Shown: positions 1 to 13,951 of the stretch, piece by piece
Numbering within the stretch: the stretch's first letter is position 1
How the letters are laid out: each line of letters starts with the position of its first letter
The notes under the pieces: generated by a model
Told to the model about the DNA's origin: nothing
Database searches by the model: none
Seen by the model: the letters and a program-made list of their open reading frames with translations, nothing else
Made by a program: the position numbers and the translations under genes
Assembly: GCA_963695095.1 (NCBI GenBank)
Contig: CAVOFT010000001.1
Span: 160,001 to 224,000 of the forward strand
From: an uncultured bacterium
Lineage (GTDB): Bacteria; Krumholzibacteriota; Krumholzibacteriia; JACNKJ01
DNA: 64,000 nt
Direction of reading: 5' to 3'

Positions 1-1
1 C

Positions 2-1234
2 CCCAACCAGTTCTTCATGGACTGGCTCTCCGAACACCATCGCAGCACGCTCGAGTCCGCGGCCACGGATATCCTCGGCTGGCGCCCGTCGATCGAGTTC
101 GTGGCGGCCGAAGGCGCCCCGGCGCCCCAGAAGCGAGAGGAACAAGAGGACCGCCGCAACCGCGGCAGCTTCTTCAGGCGCTACTCGCCCCCGGTCGTCA
201 AGAGCGTCGGTCTACAACTCAATGCGAACTACAGCTTTGAGGAATTCGTGGTGGGCGACAACAACCGGATGGCCCAGGCGGCCAGCTTGGCCATTGCCGA
301 AAAGCCCGGGCGCGTCTACAACCCGCTGTTCATCTACGGCGGGGTCGGCCTGGGCAAGACGCACCTGGCGCAAGCTATTGCCCATTTCGTCCTCGCCGAG
401 CACCGCAAGGCCAAGGTCTACTACACCTCGAGCGAGCGCTTCATGACCGAGCTCATCCTGGCGATCCGCCAGGGCAAGACGCTTGAGTTCAAGAACCGCT
501 ACCGCAGCGTGGACCTGCTCATCATCGACGACATCCAGTTTCTCGCCGGGAAAGAGAGCACCCAGGAGGAGTTCTTCCACACCTTCAACGCTCTCCACGA
601 TTCCGAGAAGCAGATCGTCGTGACGAGCGATCGGCCGCCCAAGGACATCCGCGAGCTGGAAGAGCGCCTGGTCAGCCGCTTCGAATGGGGGCTGATCACC
701 GACATCCAGCCGCCCGACCTCGAGACGCGGATGGCGATCCTGCGCAAGAAGACCGAGAAGGACAACATTCCCATCCCGGATGACGTTCTCTTTCTCATTG
801 CCGAGAGCGTGCGCAACAACATCCGCGAGCTGGAGGGCAGCCTGATTCGCCTGCTCGCCTTTGCCGGCCTCACGAACAACCCCATCGACATCGATCTGGC
901 GCGAGAGGTTCTCAAGGACTTCATCAAGCGTCAGCCGCGGACGCCGACCATCCAGGACATCCAGAAGCTCGTCGCCGAGTATTTCCACCTCACCCTCGAC
1001 CAACTGAAGTCCGAGAAGCGCAGCAGCCAGATCGTCCTGCCCAGGCAGGTGGCGATCTATCTTTGCCGCGAACTGACGGGCAAGAGCCTGAGCGAGATCG
1101 GCCGTGCCCACGGCGGCCGCGATCACACCACGGTCCTCCACGCCTGCCGCAAGATCGAGCGCCTGGTGCGCGATCCCGGCGAATTGCGCAGCAACGTACT
1201 CGAACTGCAGCAGCGCTTCACACCCATCCCTTGA
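2..1234 (+). CDS. dnaA: Chromosomal replication initiator DnaA (5' end outside window)
   Basis: Frame is open from base 2 (PNQFFMDW...). Walker A GGVGLGKT, Walker B LLIIDDIQ, QEEFFHTFN, RELEG and domain IV RDHTTVLHA are present. Synteny with dnaN-recF-gyrB. Confidence 0.99.
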   Translation, partial: PNQFFMDWLSEHHRSTLESAATDILGWRPSIEFVAAEGAPAPQKREEQEDRRNRGSFFRRYSPPVVKSVGLQLNANYSFEEFVVGDNNRMAQAASLAIAEKPGRVYNPLFIYGGVGLGKTHLAQAIAHFVLAEHRKAKVYYTSSERFMTELILAIRQGKTLEFKNRYRSVDLLIIDDIQFLAGKESTQEEFFHTFNALHDSEKQIVVTSDRPPKDIRELEERLVSRFEWGLITDIQPPDLETRMAILRKKTEKDNIPIPDDVLFLIAESVRNNIRELEGSLIRLLAFAGLTNNPIDIDLAREVLKDFIKRQPRTPTIQDIQKLVAEYFHLTLDQLKSEKRSSQIVLPRQVAIYLCRELTGKSLSEIGRAHGGRDHTTVLHACRKIERLVRDPGELRSNVLELQQRFTPIP

Positions 1235-1460
1235 GTTGTACAGAGGTGTTGTGGATGACCTGTGCACGAAGCAAGCAGCGACCCCGGAGCCCGGATTCCG
1301 GGGGATATCTCCCGCGGCTTTCCACGCTCTGGCTCGCGCTTGGGGATAAGCGAAACGCAGCGACGGCCCGCAAAATAGGGGATTGCCAAGACAGCGCGGT
1401 GGTTTTACACATTACGCACAGCCTCTACTGCAGCAACTACCTTCTTGCTAAAGAATGAAG
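1235..1460. other. Probable replication origin oriC (dnaA-dnaN intergenic)
   Basis: DnaA-box-like 9-mers: TGTGGATGA 1250-1258 (rev), TGTGCACGA 1261-1269 (rev, weak), TGGGGATAA 1341-1349 (rev), TTTTACACA 1403-1411 (fits TTWTNCACA) and TTACGCACA 1412-1420. These are followed by GCC and CTA/CTG/CAG/CAA/CTA triplets. Confidence 0.85.
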
Positions 1461-1533
1461 AAGGGGAACCGATCCGCGCCGAAGGCCCGCGCCCTTGCGC
1501 TGTGCTCCGGTGTCGCGATCAGGAGGTGATGGA

Positions 1534-2646
1534 GTGAAGTTCTCCCTCTCGCAGCCCGAACTGAGCCGCCTCGCCGCACTGGCGGGCAACGTGGTTCCCG
1601 GCAAGTCCACGCTGCCGATTCTCTCGACGCTGCTCATCCGAGCTGAGAAGGACGGCATCACCATAGCGGCCACGGACCTGGACATTTCCATCCAGCTCAA
1701 GGCAGAGGCCGCAGTGGACAAGCCGGGAGCGGTGGCCGTGCCGGCCAGGCGCTTTGCGGAGATCGTACGCAAGCTCGAGGCTGTGGACGTGAAGCTGGAG
1801 ACGGCTGATGGCGCCCTCGGCATCCGCTGCGGGCGCGCGAGCTTCCGCATTCCCACGATGCCGGTGGAGGACTACCCGAAGCTCCCGGAAACCAAGGACA
1901 TCGAGACCTTCGCGGCACCGGCGGGCATTCTCAAGAACATGATCCGGCGCACGCGCTTCGCCGTCTCGACGGACCTGGCCCGGCCTTCCATGAACGGCAT
2001 CTACATGGAGATGGAGACGAAGCGCCTCTCCATGGTGGCCACGGATGGGCACCGCCTCGCCTTCTGCCAGCGGGATCAGGAGCTGCCCGTCAGCGCGAGC
2101 AAGGGCGTGATCCTGCCCGCCAAGGCACTGGATCAGCTCCTGCGCCTGTTGCCGGACGACGGAGACCTGGAGATGGGCATCGGCGAGAGCCAGGCCTTCT
2201 TCCGCACGGGCGGCGTCGCCTTCTTCACGCGACTCATCGAGGGGCCCTTCCCCAACTACCAGCAGGTCATCCCCAAGGGCAACGAACGCCAGATGACCCT
2301 GAACACGGCGAGCTTGCTGGAGGCTACGGATCGGGTTTCGACGCTGGCGGCCAGCCTGGCGACCAAGCAGATCAAGCTGGTGCTGGACAGCGACCAGCTC
2401 GTGCTGGAAGTGGCCAGCGCGGAGATCGGCCAGGCCCGCGAGGAACTCGAGGCCAGTTACGATGGCCAGGGCATGAGCATCGGCTACAACGCCACCTATC
2501 TGCTCGATGTCCTCAAGCACCTTGGCAGCGAGGAGGTGCGCTTCCGCCTGGACCGCCCCGACAACGCGGGCATCATCGAGCCCGGCGAGCAGAGTGCGGG
2601 CGAGCACTACTTCAGCTTGCTGATGCCGCTCAAGCTCAGCGACTGA
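1534..2646 (+). CDS. dnaN: DNA polymerase III beta sliding clamp
   Basis: GTG start with SD AGGAGGT at 1521-1527. Motifs LPIL, ATDLDI, VATDGHRL, LIEGPFPNY, C-terminal LLMPL. Confidence 0.98.
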   Translation: MKFSLSQPELSRLAALAGNVVPGKSTLPILSTLLIRAEKDGITIAATDLDISIQLKAEAAVDKPGAVAVPARRFAEIVRKLEAVDVKLETADGALGIRCGRASFRIPTMPVEDYPKLPETKDIETFAAPAGILKNMIRRTRFAVSTDLARPSMNGIYMEMETKRLSMVATDGHRLAFCQRDQELPVSASKGVILPAKALDQLLRLLPDDGDLEMGIGESQAFFRTGGVAFFTRLIEGPFPNYQQVIPKGNERQMTLNTASLLEATDRVSTLAASLATKQIKLVLDSDQLVLEVASAEIGQAREELEASYDGQGMSIGYNATYLLDVLKHLGSEEVRFRLDRPDNAGIIEPGEQSAGEHYFSLLMPLKLSD

Positions 2647-2652
2647 GCGGCG

Positions 2653-3750
2653 GTGCGCTACCTCGAACTGCGTGCGGAGGGCTTCCGCAATCTCGCCGTC
2701 TGCCGCCTCGAGTTCCACCCGGCCGTGAACTTCATCCATGGCGCCAACGGCCAGGGAAAGACGAACCTCATCGAGGCGCTGCTGTACCCGATCAGCGGGC
2801 GCAGCCATCGGCTGGCCCGCGACGAGGAGCTCATCGCCTTTGGCGGCGAGCACTTTCATCTGGCCGCCACGCTGGCGGATGACGGCGGCGGCCAGCGCCG
2901 CTTCTCGGCCGCCTACGGGCGCGGCGCTGTCAAGAAATTGACCATCGACGGCGAGGAGCTGGGGCGGCTGGCCGACCTCATCGGCCTCACCGGCACGGTC
3001 GTCTTCGGCCCCGGGGATGTGGAGCTCGTTGACGGAGAGCCCGAACTCCGTCGCCGCTTTCTCGACTACACCTTCGCCAAGACGGACCCCGCCTACCTGC
3101 GCCAGCTGCTCGAGTACCGGCGTATCCTCAAGCAGCGCAACGCTCTGCTGAAGACGGGTCGCGGCCGCGGCGAGCTCGGGCTCTGGAGCCGCCGCCTCGC
3201 GGCGGCGGGCGCGTCGATTGCCATGACCAGGCGCCGAAGCCTGGTCGATCTGGCCGCCGGGGCCGGCCGCTACTATGGTCAGATCGGGCCCGCCGAGGAG
3301 CTGCTCACGCTCGCCTACCAGGGCCGTCAGCAGGGGGAGGACGAGGCTGCGCTGGAGGCCGCGCTGGCGGCCGCGCTGGCGGCCGCCGAAAACGCTGAGT
3401 GGTTGAAAAAACGAACCTTAGCTGGCCCCCACCTGGACGATATGAGCATTGACATCGGAGGCCGTAATGCCAGAAAATTCGCCTCGCAGGGTCAGAAGCG
3501 CTCTGCCGCCGTGGCCCTGAAGCTGGCCCAGGCGGAGTATCTGGCCAGGGTCCGGCGGGACCGCCCCATCGTCTTCTTGGACGATGTATTCAGCGAACTT
3601 GACGGCAGTCGCCGTGAGAAGCTCTGCCACCTCGTCGGGCAGAATTACCAGACCTTCATCGCCGCACCTCAGGTCGAGGACCTGCGCCGTGAGCTCTTCG
3701 TGGAGTTGAGGCGCTTCGGCCTGGACGGCGGTCGGATTGCGGTGGCCTAG
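2653..3750 (+). CDS. recF: DNA replication/repair protein RecF
   Basis: GANGQGKTN Walker A, RRRFLD, GPHLDD, SQGQKR, LDDVFSELD. Confidence 0.97.
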   Translation: MRYLELRAEGFRNLAVCRLEFHPAVNFIHGANGQGKTNLIEALLYPISGRSHRLARDEELIAFGGEHFHLAATLADDGGGQRRFSAAYGRGAVKKLTIDGEELGRLADLIGLTGTVVFGPGDVELVDGEPELRRRFLDYTFAKTDPAYLRQLLEYRRILKQRNALLKTGRGRGELGLWSRRLAAAGASIAMTRRRSLVDLAAGAGRYYGQIGPAEELLTLAYQGRQQGEDEAALEAALAAALAAAENAEWLKKRTLAGPHLDDMSIDIGGRNARKFASQGQKRSAAVALKLAQAEYLARVRRDRPIVFLDDVFSELDGSRREKLCHLVGQNYQTFIAAPQVEDLRRELFVELRRFGLDGGRIAVA

Positions 3751-3776
3751 ACGCCCGAGCGGGCAGGAGCGATGGC

Positions 3777-6045
<2,269 letters not shown>

Positions 6046-6057
6046 AAGGGAAGCGCG

Positions 6058-8697
<2,640 letters not shown>

Positions 8698-8698
8698 C

Positions 8699-9370
8699 GT
8701 GCGCAGTGAGAGCAGCGGCAGCATGCATCGCGGCGCGGGCATCAGCGAGGCCACGGTGCGACGCCTGTCGAACTACTATCGCATTCTCGAGGAACTGGAG
8801 CGCGAGGGCGTGGAGACGGTGGCGAGCGAGGGCCTGGCCGAACGCTACGGCACGACGAGCGCCCAGGTGCGCAAGGACTTCTCCAGCTTCGGCAGCTTCG
8901 GCCGGCGGGGGCTGGGCTATCCCGTGAAGGGCCTGCGCACGGAGATCGGCCACATTCTCGGCATCGACATGGCCTGGCGCCTGGTGCTCGTCGGCGCGGG
9001 CAACCTGGGCCACGCGCTCTTCCACTACGAGGAGTTCCGCCGCCAGAACTTCGGCATCGTGGCCATCTTCGACGCCAATGCCGAGAAGATCGGCAGCCAC
9101 TGGGAGGGCGTGCCGATTCTGCCGCTGGCCCAGCTGCCACGCGTCGTGGCCGAGCGCGACGCCCGCATCGGCGTGATCGCGGTGCCCGCAGCCGCGGGGC
9201 AGGAGGTGGCCGACCAGCTCGTGGCCGCCGGCGTCGAGGGCATCCTCAACTTCGCGCCCGTCAAGCTGCGCGGGGTGGAGAACGTCTTCGTGCGCAACGT
9301 GAACCTCTCGATCGCTCTCGAGAGTCTCAGCTACTCCGTCACCGCCCACCGCAAGCTGGGGCCGCTGTAG
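8699..9370 (+). CDS. rex: Redox-sensing transcriptional repressor Rex
   Basis: ATVRRLSNYYR, QVRKDFS.FG.FG..G.GY, VGAGNLGHAL, ILNFAP. Start is either GTG 8699 (SD GAGGAGG upstream) or ATG 8723. Confidence 0.95.
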   Translation: MRSESSGSMHRGAGISEATVRRLSNYYRILEELEREGVETVASEGLAERYGTTSAQVRKDFSSFGSFGRRGLGYPVKGLRTEIGHILGIDMAWRLVLVGAGNLGHALFHYEEFRRQNFGIVAIFDANAEKIGSHWEGVPILPLAQLPRVVAERDARIGVIAVPAAAGQEVADQLVAAGVEGILNFAPVKLRGVENVFVRNVNLSIALESLSYSVTAHRKLGPL

Positions 9371-9377
9371 CCGCAGC

Positions 9378-9866
9378 CTAGTTCGCGATCGGGTAGTTGA
9401 CGCCCTGCGTAACGGGATGCCCCAGCAGGCGGCACATCGCCGCCACCTGCCCCATGTGGTGGTAGATGTGCGTCACCGTGCGCAGGACCACATGGGCCGG
9501 CGCGAGCGGGTGCTCCTTGCCGTCCCAGGTGGTCATCGGTCGCGCGGTGTTCAGCTCCGCGGCCGTGGCGCCCGCCAGGTAACCATCCGTGAACGCGAAC
9601 ACCTCCGCGCGCAGGGCCTCCAGGCTGGGCACGTCCGGGTACTTCTCCGCGTCGTTGTCGGCGTCCATCCGCCCGTGGATCACGCCCACCCAGTAGCGCT
9701 CGGCGGTGAGGGCGTGGTGTAGCTGCAGGCGCAGGGTGCCGTCGCCGAAGCCGTCCATGACGCGGTTCAGCGCTTCGAGATCGAGTTCTCCGCAGTGCGC
9801 GATCAGCTCGGCGAGCTTGCGGTGGGTGCGCTCGTGCAGGTCGCGCAGGCCTTCGGGCGTGTGCAT
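9378..9866 (-). CDS. DinB/YfiT family protein
   Basis: His motifs QLHH...AERYW and H-IYHH-MGQ, SD GGAG. Confidence 0.85.
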   Translation of the reverse strand: MHTPEGLRDLHERTHRKLAELIAHCGELDLEALNRVMDGFGDGTLRLQLHHALTAERYWVGVIHGRMDADNDAEKYPDVPSLEALRAEVFAFTDGYLAGATAAELNTARPMTTWDGKEHPLAPAHVVLRTVTHIYHHMGQVAAMCRLLGHPVTQGVNYPIAN

Positions 9867-9896
9867 GGCGGCTCCAGGGTCGGTGAGGAGACCGCC

Positions 9897-9964
9897 AGCA
9901 TAGCGGCCCCGCCCGGGTGCGGCAAGCCGTCCCCTTGTGGCCCTCCGGTCGCTTCCTTCATACT
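9897..9964. promoter_or_regulatory. Back-to-back sigma70-like promoters for the dinB-like and VOC genes
   Basis: Minus strand: TTGCCG(9925-9920)-N17-TATGCT(9902-9897). Plus strand: TTGTGG(9935-9940)-N18-CATACT(9959-9964). Confidence 0.55.
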
Positions 9965-10002
9965 GCCAGCCTCGCTGAGCAACCCCTCACGAAAGGCAAA
10001 CC

Positions 10003-10368
10003 ATGGCGAACAACCCCGTCGTCCACTTCGAGATCGCGGGCAAGGACGGCCCGGCCTTGCGCGACTTCTACAGCAAGCTCTTCGGCTGGCAGTTCAAGCT
10101 CTGGGAGGGCGGCCCCGACTACGGCATGATCGGAGCCGGCGCCGAGAAGAACGCCATCGGCGGCGGCGTGGGCGCCACGCCGCCCGGCATGAAGCCCTAT
10201 GTCACCTTCTACATCGAGGTGGCGGACCTGCAGGCCAGCCTCGACATGGCCACGAAGCTGGGCGGCAAGGTCGTCCAGCCGCCGACGCCCATTCCCGACA
10301 TGGGCGCCAGCGCCATGTTCACGGATCCGGACGGCAACCTGATCGGCCTCTACAAGGGCAACAAGTAG
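10003..10368 (+). CDS. VOC/glyoxalase family protein
   Basis: NPVVHFEI...FYSKLFGW, GGKVVQPP, FTDPDGNLIGL. Confidence 0.92.
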   Translation: MANNPVVHFEIAGKDGPALRDFYSKLFGWQFKLWEGGPDYGMIGAGAEKNAIGGGVGATPPGMKPYVTFYIEVADLQASLDMATKLGGKVVQPPTPIPDMGASAMFTDPDGNLIGLYKGNK

Positions 10369-10452
10369 GCGAAGGGCGGGGGCCCCGCCCGAGGCCCTCG
10401 CCGCGCCCGCAACGGACCGGCGCTCCGGGCGCCGCTGCCGACAGGAGCGTCG

Positions 10453-11223
10453 ATGTCCCAGCACTTCCTCGTCCGGCTCGATGGCACCCGTCCCGGCTGG
10501 CCGGAGGGCATGACCGAGACCGAGGCGCGCGCGATGAGCGCGCACTTCGTCACCCTGCGCAGGCTGACCTGGGCGGGCAAGTGCCTGCTGGCGGGACCGG
10601 TCTTCGGGGACGGCGGCTTCGGCCTCGTGGTGCTGGAGGTGGAGGACGAGATCGAGGCCCGGGCCATCATGGACGCCGAGCCCTCGGTGGTGGCCGGCGT
10701 GCACACCTACTCGCTGCAGCCCATGGTGGCCTCCCTGCTCGCGGGGCGGCAGCGCTTCCCGGCGGCGCCGATCGCGCGGGCCATCGTGTGCGACGCCGAG
10801 GTGCCGATTTCGCGCGCCGAGGCCTGGCGGGCCTGGACCACGCCGGAGGGGCTCCGGCGCTTCTTTGCCCCGGGGGTGCGGGTGGAACTGCGCCCGGGCG
10901 GGCCCTTCGAGATCCTCTTTCGCGAGGACGGCCCCGAGGGCGAACGCGGCGCCGAAGGTTGCACCGTGCTCGCCTTCGAGCCCGAGCGAATGCTGGCCCT
11001 GAGCTGGAACGCGCCCCCCGAATTCCCCCAGGTGCGTCGCCAGCGCACGCAGGTGATCCTGCACTTCGAGGACGCCGGCCCCGGCCGCACGCGCGTGCGC
11101 CTCGTGAATCACGGCTACGGCGAGGGCGAGGAGTGGGACCGGGCCTTCGCCTACTTCGAGCGCGCCTGGGAGCAGGTCATGGCCAGCTTCGCCAGGGCCC
11201 TCTCCAGAACGGAGGCGCAATGA
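10453..11223 (+). CDS. YCII-domain + SRPBCC (AHSA1-like) fusion protein
   Basis: N-half MSAHF...LLAGP...ARAIMDAEP (YCII-like). C-half AWTTPEGLRRFF...LALSWNAPP...TRVRLVNHG...YFERAW (SRPBCC). Confidence 0.75.
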   Translation: MSQHFLVRLDGTRPGWPEGMTETEARAMSAHFVTLRRLTWAGKCLLAGPVFGDGGFGLVVLEVEDEIEARAIMDAEPSVVAGVHTYSLQPMVASLLAGRQRFPAAPIARAIVCDAEVPISRAEAWRAWTTPEGLRRFFAPGVRVELRPGGPFEILFREDGPEGERGAEGCTVLAFEPERMLALSWNAPPEFPQVRRQRTQVILHFEDAGPGRTRVRLVNHGYGEGEEWDRAFAYFERAWEQVMASFARALSRTEAQ

Positions 11224-13715
11224 GCACAGAGCGCCCTGATGAGCAGCCCACCCGCCATCTCGACCCCGCATCCTCGGGCGACGAGGAGACCCTCGTCCAG
11301 GCCGCCGCCGCGGCCGCCCCGGCGGGCCGGCGGCTGCCGAGCAGCATCGGCGAGTACCGCGTCGTCGGCATCCTCGGCGAGGGCGGCATGGGCATCGTCT
11401 ACGAGGCCGAGCAGCCCTCGCCGAGGCGGCTGGTCGCCCTCAAGGTCGTGCGCGGTGCCGAGCTGGTCGACGAGCTGCGCCTCAAGCTCTTCGAGCGCGA
11501 AGCGACCACGCTGGCCCGCCTGGATCACCCCAACATCGGCAAGATCTATCAGTCCGGGCGCACGGACGAGGGCCGCCACTTCTTCGCGATGGAGCTGGTG
11601 CGGGGCCCCGACCTGGCGGCCTGGCTCGCCGCGCGGCCCGCGCGGCCCGATCGCGCGGAGATCGAGCTGCGCCTGCGGCTCTTCCGGCAGATCTGCGACG
11701 CCGTGCAGTACGCCCACCAGCGCGGGGTCATCCACCGGGACCTGAAGCCCTCGAACCTCATCGTCACCGAGGCGGTCGCTTCCGGCACCGGCTCCGAGGT
11801 GCTGCCGCCCCTGATGGTCAAGATCCTCGACTTCGGCCTGGCCCGGATCACGGAGGAGGACGTCGCGGCGACGCAGGTCACCGAGGTGGGGGTCATCAAG
11901 GGCACCCTGCCCTACATGGCCCCCGAGCAGGCCCGCGGCGAGGTCGGCGCCATCGACGTGCGCACGGACGTCTACGCGCTCGGCGTCATTCTGTACGAGC
12001 TGCTGACCGGCCGCCGCCCCTACGCGATCGATGCGGGCTCCCTGCTCACGGCGGTGCGGGTGATCTGCGAGCAGGCGCCGCGGCCGCTGGCCGCCGAGTG
12101 GCGGGCCTCGCTGCGCCTGGATCCCGACCTGGCCACGATCGCGGCGACGGCGCTGGAGAAGGACCCCGACCGCCGCTACGCCAGCGCGGCCGCCTTCAGC
12201 GAGGACGTCGGGCGCTTCCTCGGCTCGCAGCCGATTCTCGCCCGGCCGCCGAGCACCATGTACCAGATCAGGAAGCTGGTGGCCCGGCGCAAGCCGCTCT
12301 TCGCGACGGCCGCCGCCGCGCTGCTGCTCCTGATCGTGGCCGCGATCGGCCTGAGCGTCCTCTACCTGCGCTCGGAGGCCAACCTGTCGCGCGCCCTCGA
12401 GGCCGAGCGGCTGGCGCGGCGCGAAGAGGCCACCGCCGAGCGCAGCTCCAGCTTCCTCGTCGAGCTCTTCGAGCAGGCCAATCCGGAGCGCACGCGCGGC
12501 GAGACGGTGACGGCGCGCGCCGTCCTCGACGAGGGCGCGCGGCGCGTCAGCGAGGAGCTGGCCGGCGAGCCCGAGATGAAGGCCCGCCTGATGTTCACCC
12601 TCGCCCAGGTCTATCTCAGCCTCGGCATCGACACGGAGGCGCGGCGCCTCGCGGAGGCTGCGCTCGACCTGCGCCGCACCCGGCTGACCGCGGGAGATCT
12701 CGACATCGCCGCCAGCGTCCACCAGCTGGCGCGCGTGCTCGAGGCGCAGGGCAAGCCGGGCGAGGCCAAGGCCGGCTTCCAGGAGGCGATCGGGCTCTAC
12801 GAAGCGGCGGGCGAGCGCGGGCGCGAGGGCCTCATCGACGCGCTGGGCAATTACGGCTGGATGCTCGGCCAGTACGGCGAGCTCGGCGAGGCCGGCGCGG
12901 CCATCGACCGGGCCCTGGCCCTCGTGGAAGGCGAGCAGCCGGTCGACGAGGAGCGCCTGCTCAGCCTGCTCAACAACCAGGCCAGCATCAAGACGGACGG
13001 AAACGAGCCGGAGGCCGCGCTGGCGATCCTCGACCGGGCCCTCGCGCTGAGCCGGCGCCTCCATGGCGAGACCCACCACGAGACCGCCAACGTGCTCACG
13101 AACCTCCACGTGGCCAACTCGATCGCCGGCCGCCGCGAGGAAGCCGGCAAGCAGGCCGTCGCGGCCCTGGCCATCTACAAGGCGATCTACGGGGACGTGC
13201 ACCCCATGGTGGCCCGCGGCCTGGGCAACGTCGGCATCGGCCTCGCGCAGCAGGGCCGGCGGGACGAGGCCAGGCCCTACTTCGAGGCCGTCCTGGAGAC
13301 CCAGATCAAGCTCCAGGGCCCCGAGCACCCAGCAGTCGGCCAGAGCCTGATGAACCTGGGCCTGCTCAAGCTGGAGTCGGGGGATGCTCGGGCGGCGATC
13401 GTGGACCTCGAGCAGGCGGTGCGCATCCACGAGAAGGTCGCCCCCGAGGGCAGCCCCTCGCTCTCGATGTCGCTCTATCACCTGGGGATCGCGCGCCATC
13501 AGCGCGGCGAGGCGGCGGAGGCTCGCCGGCTCCTGCGGCGAACCCTGGCCATGGACGAGAAGATGTACGGCCCGGACTCGCCGGACGTGGCCGACGATCT
13601 CGAGGCGCTGGTGAGCATCGAACGCGACCTGGGCGCCACCGCCGAGGCCGCGCGGCTCGAAGCGCGAATGCTGGCGATCCGGGCGCAGGCTGCGGCCGCG
13701 GTACCCGAGGGTTGA
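11220..13715 (+). CDS. Membrane Hanks-type Ser/Thr kinase with C-terminal TPR repeats
   Basis: GEGGMG, VALK, HRDLKPSN, DFGLA, GTLPYMAPE, DVYALG. One hydrophobic helix, then TPR-like repeats (HP.VA..L.N.G). ATGA overlap with the upstream gene and SD GGAGG. Confidence 0.93.
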   Translation: MSTERPDEQPTRHLDPASSGDEETLVQAAAAAAPAGRRLPSSIGEYRVVGILGEGGMGIVYEAEQPSPRRLVALKVVRGAELVDELRLKLFEREATTLARLDHPNIGKIYQSGRTDEGRHFFAMELVRGPDLAAWLAARPARPDRAEIELRLRLFRQICDAVQYAHQRGVIHRDLKPSNLIVTEAVASGTGSEVLPPLMVKILDFGLARITEEDVAATQVTEVGVIKGTLPYMAPEQARGEVGAIDVRTDVYALGVILYELLTGRRPYAIDAGSLLTAVRVICEQAPRPLAAEWRASLRLDPDLATIAATALEKDPDRRYASAAAFSEDVGRFLGSQPILARPPSTMYQIRKLVARRKPLFATAAAALLLLIVAAIGLSVLYLRSEANLSRALEAERLARREEATAERSSSFLVELFEQANPERTRGETVTARAVLDEGARRVSEELAGEPEMKARLMFTLAQVYLSLGIDTEARRLAEAALDLRRTRLTAGDLDIAASVHQLARVLEAQGKPGEAKAGFQEAIGLYEAAGERGREGLIDALGNYGWMLGQYGELGEAGAAIDRALALVEGEQPVDEERLLSLLNNQASIKTDGNEPEAALAILDRALALSRRLHGETHHETANVLTNLHVANSIAGRREEAGKQAVAALAIYKAIYGDVHPMVARGLGNVGIGLAQQGRRDEARPYFEAVLETQIKLQGPEHPAVGQSLMNLGLLKLESGDARAAIVDLEQAVRIHEKVAPEGSPSLSMSLYHLGIARHQRGEAAEARRLLRRTLAMDEKMYGPDSPDVADDLEALVSIERDLGATAEAARLEARMLAIRAQAAAAVPEG

Positions 13716-13751
13716 GGCCTGGGCCCGTTCTACCGGGAGCCGTCCTCGAGG

Positions 13752-13951
13752 GTGATCAGCCCGCGGCGTCAACTCGGGGCCGGGCTCCGTCTCCGTCTCG
13801 CCTCGGACGCGCCGTACGAGACGCGGCACCTGGACAACGTTCACGATGCGAACTTCGCCACGGCACTCGAGCTGGGCAGGCGGCTGGACCTGCGCTACCG
13901 GCGGACGAAGCGATCTTCGCCGAGATCAGCCGACTGCTCGCCGGCGCCTAG
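13752..13951 (+). pseudogene. Possible C-terminal remnant of a hydrogenase maturation protease (HyaD/HybD-like)
   Basis: TRHLDNVHDANFATALELGRRLDL continues after a 1-nt shift near 13892 as ALPADEAIFAEI. The N-terminal part is absent. Family recognised by eye only. Confidence 0.4.

Noticed and set aside
9988..10010. AAAGGCAAACC resembling the start of a c-di-GMP-I riboswitch
   Set aside because: The GAAA-capped stem and the downstream GGGACGCAAAG segment are missing. It is simply the ribosome-binding region of the VOC gene.
9795..11219. N-terminal 475 aa of the 1306-aa kinase ORF
   Set aside because: Off-frame read through the VOC and YCII-SRPBCC genes. The real start is ATG 11220 with SD GGAGG.
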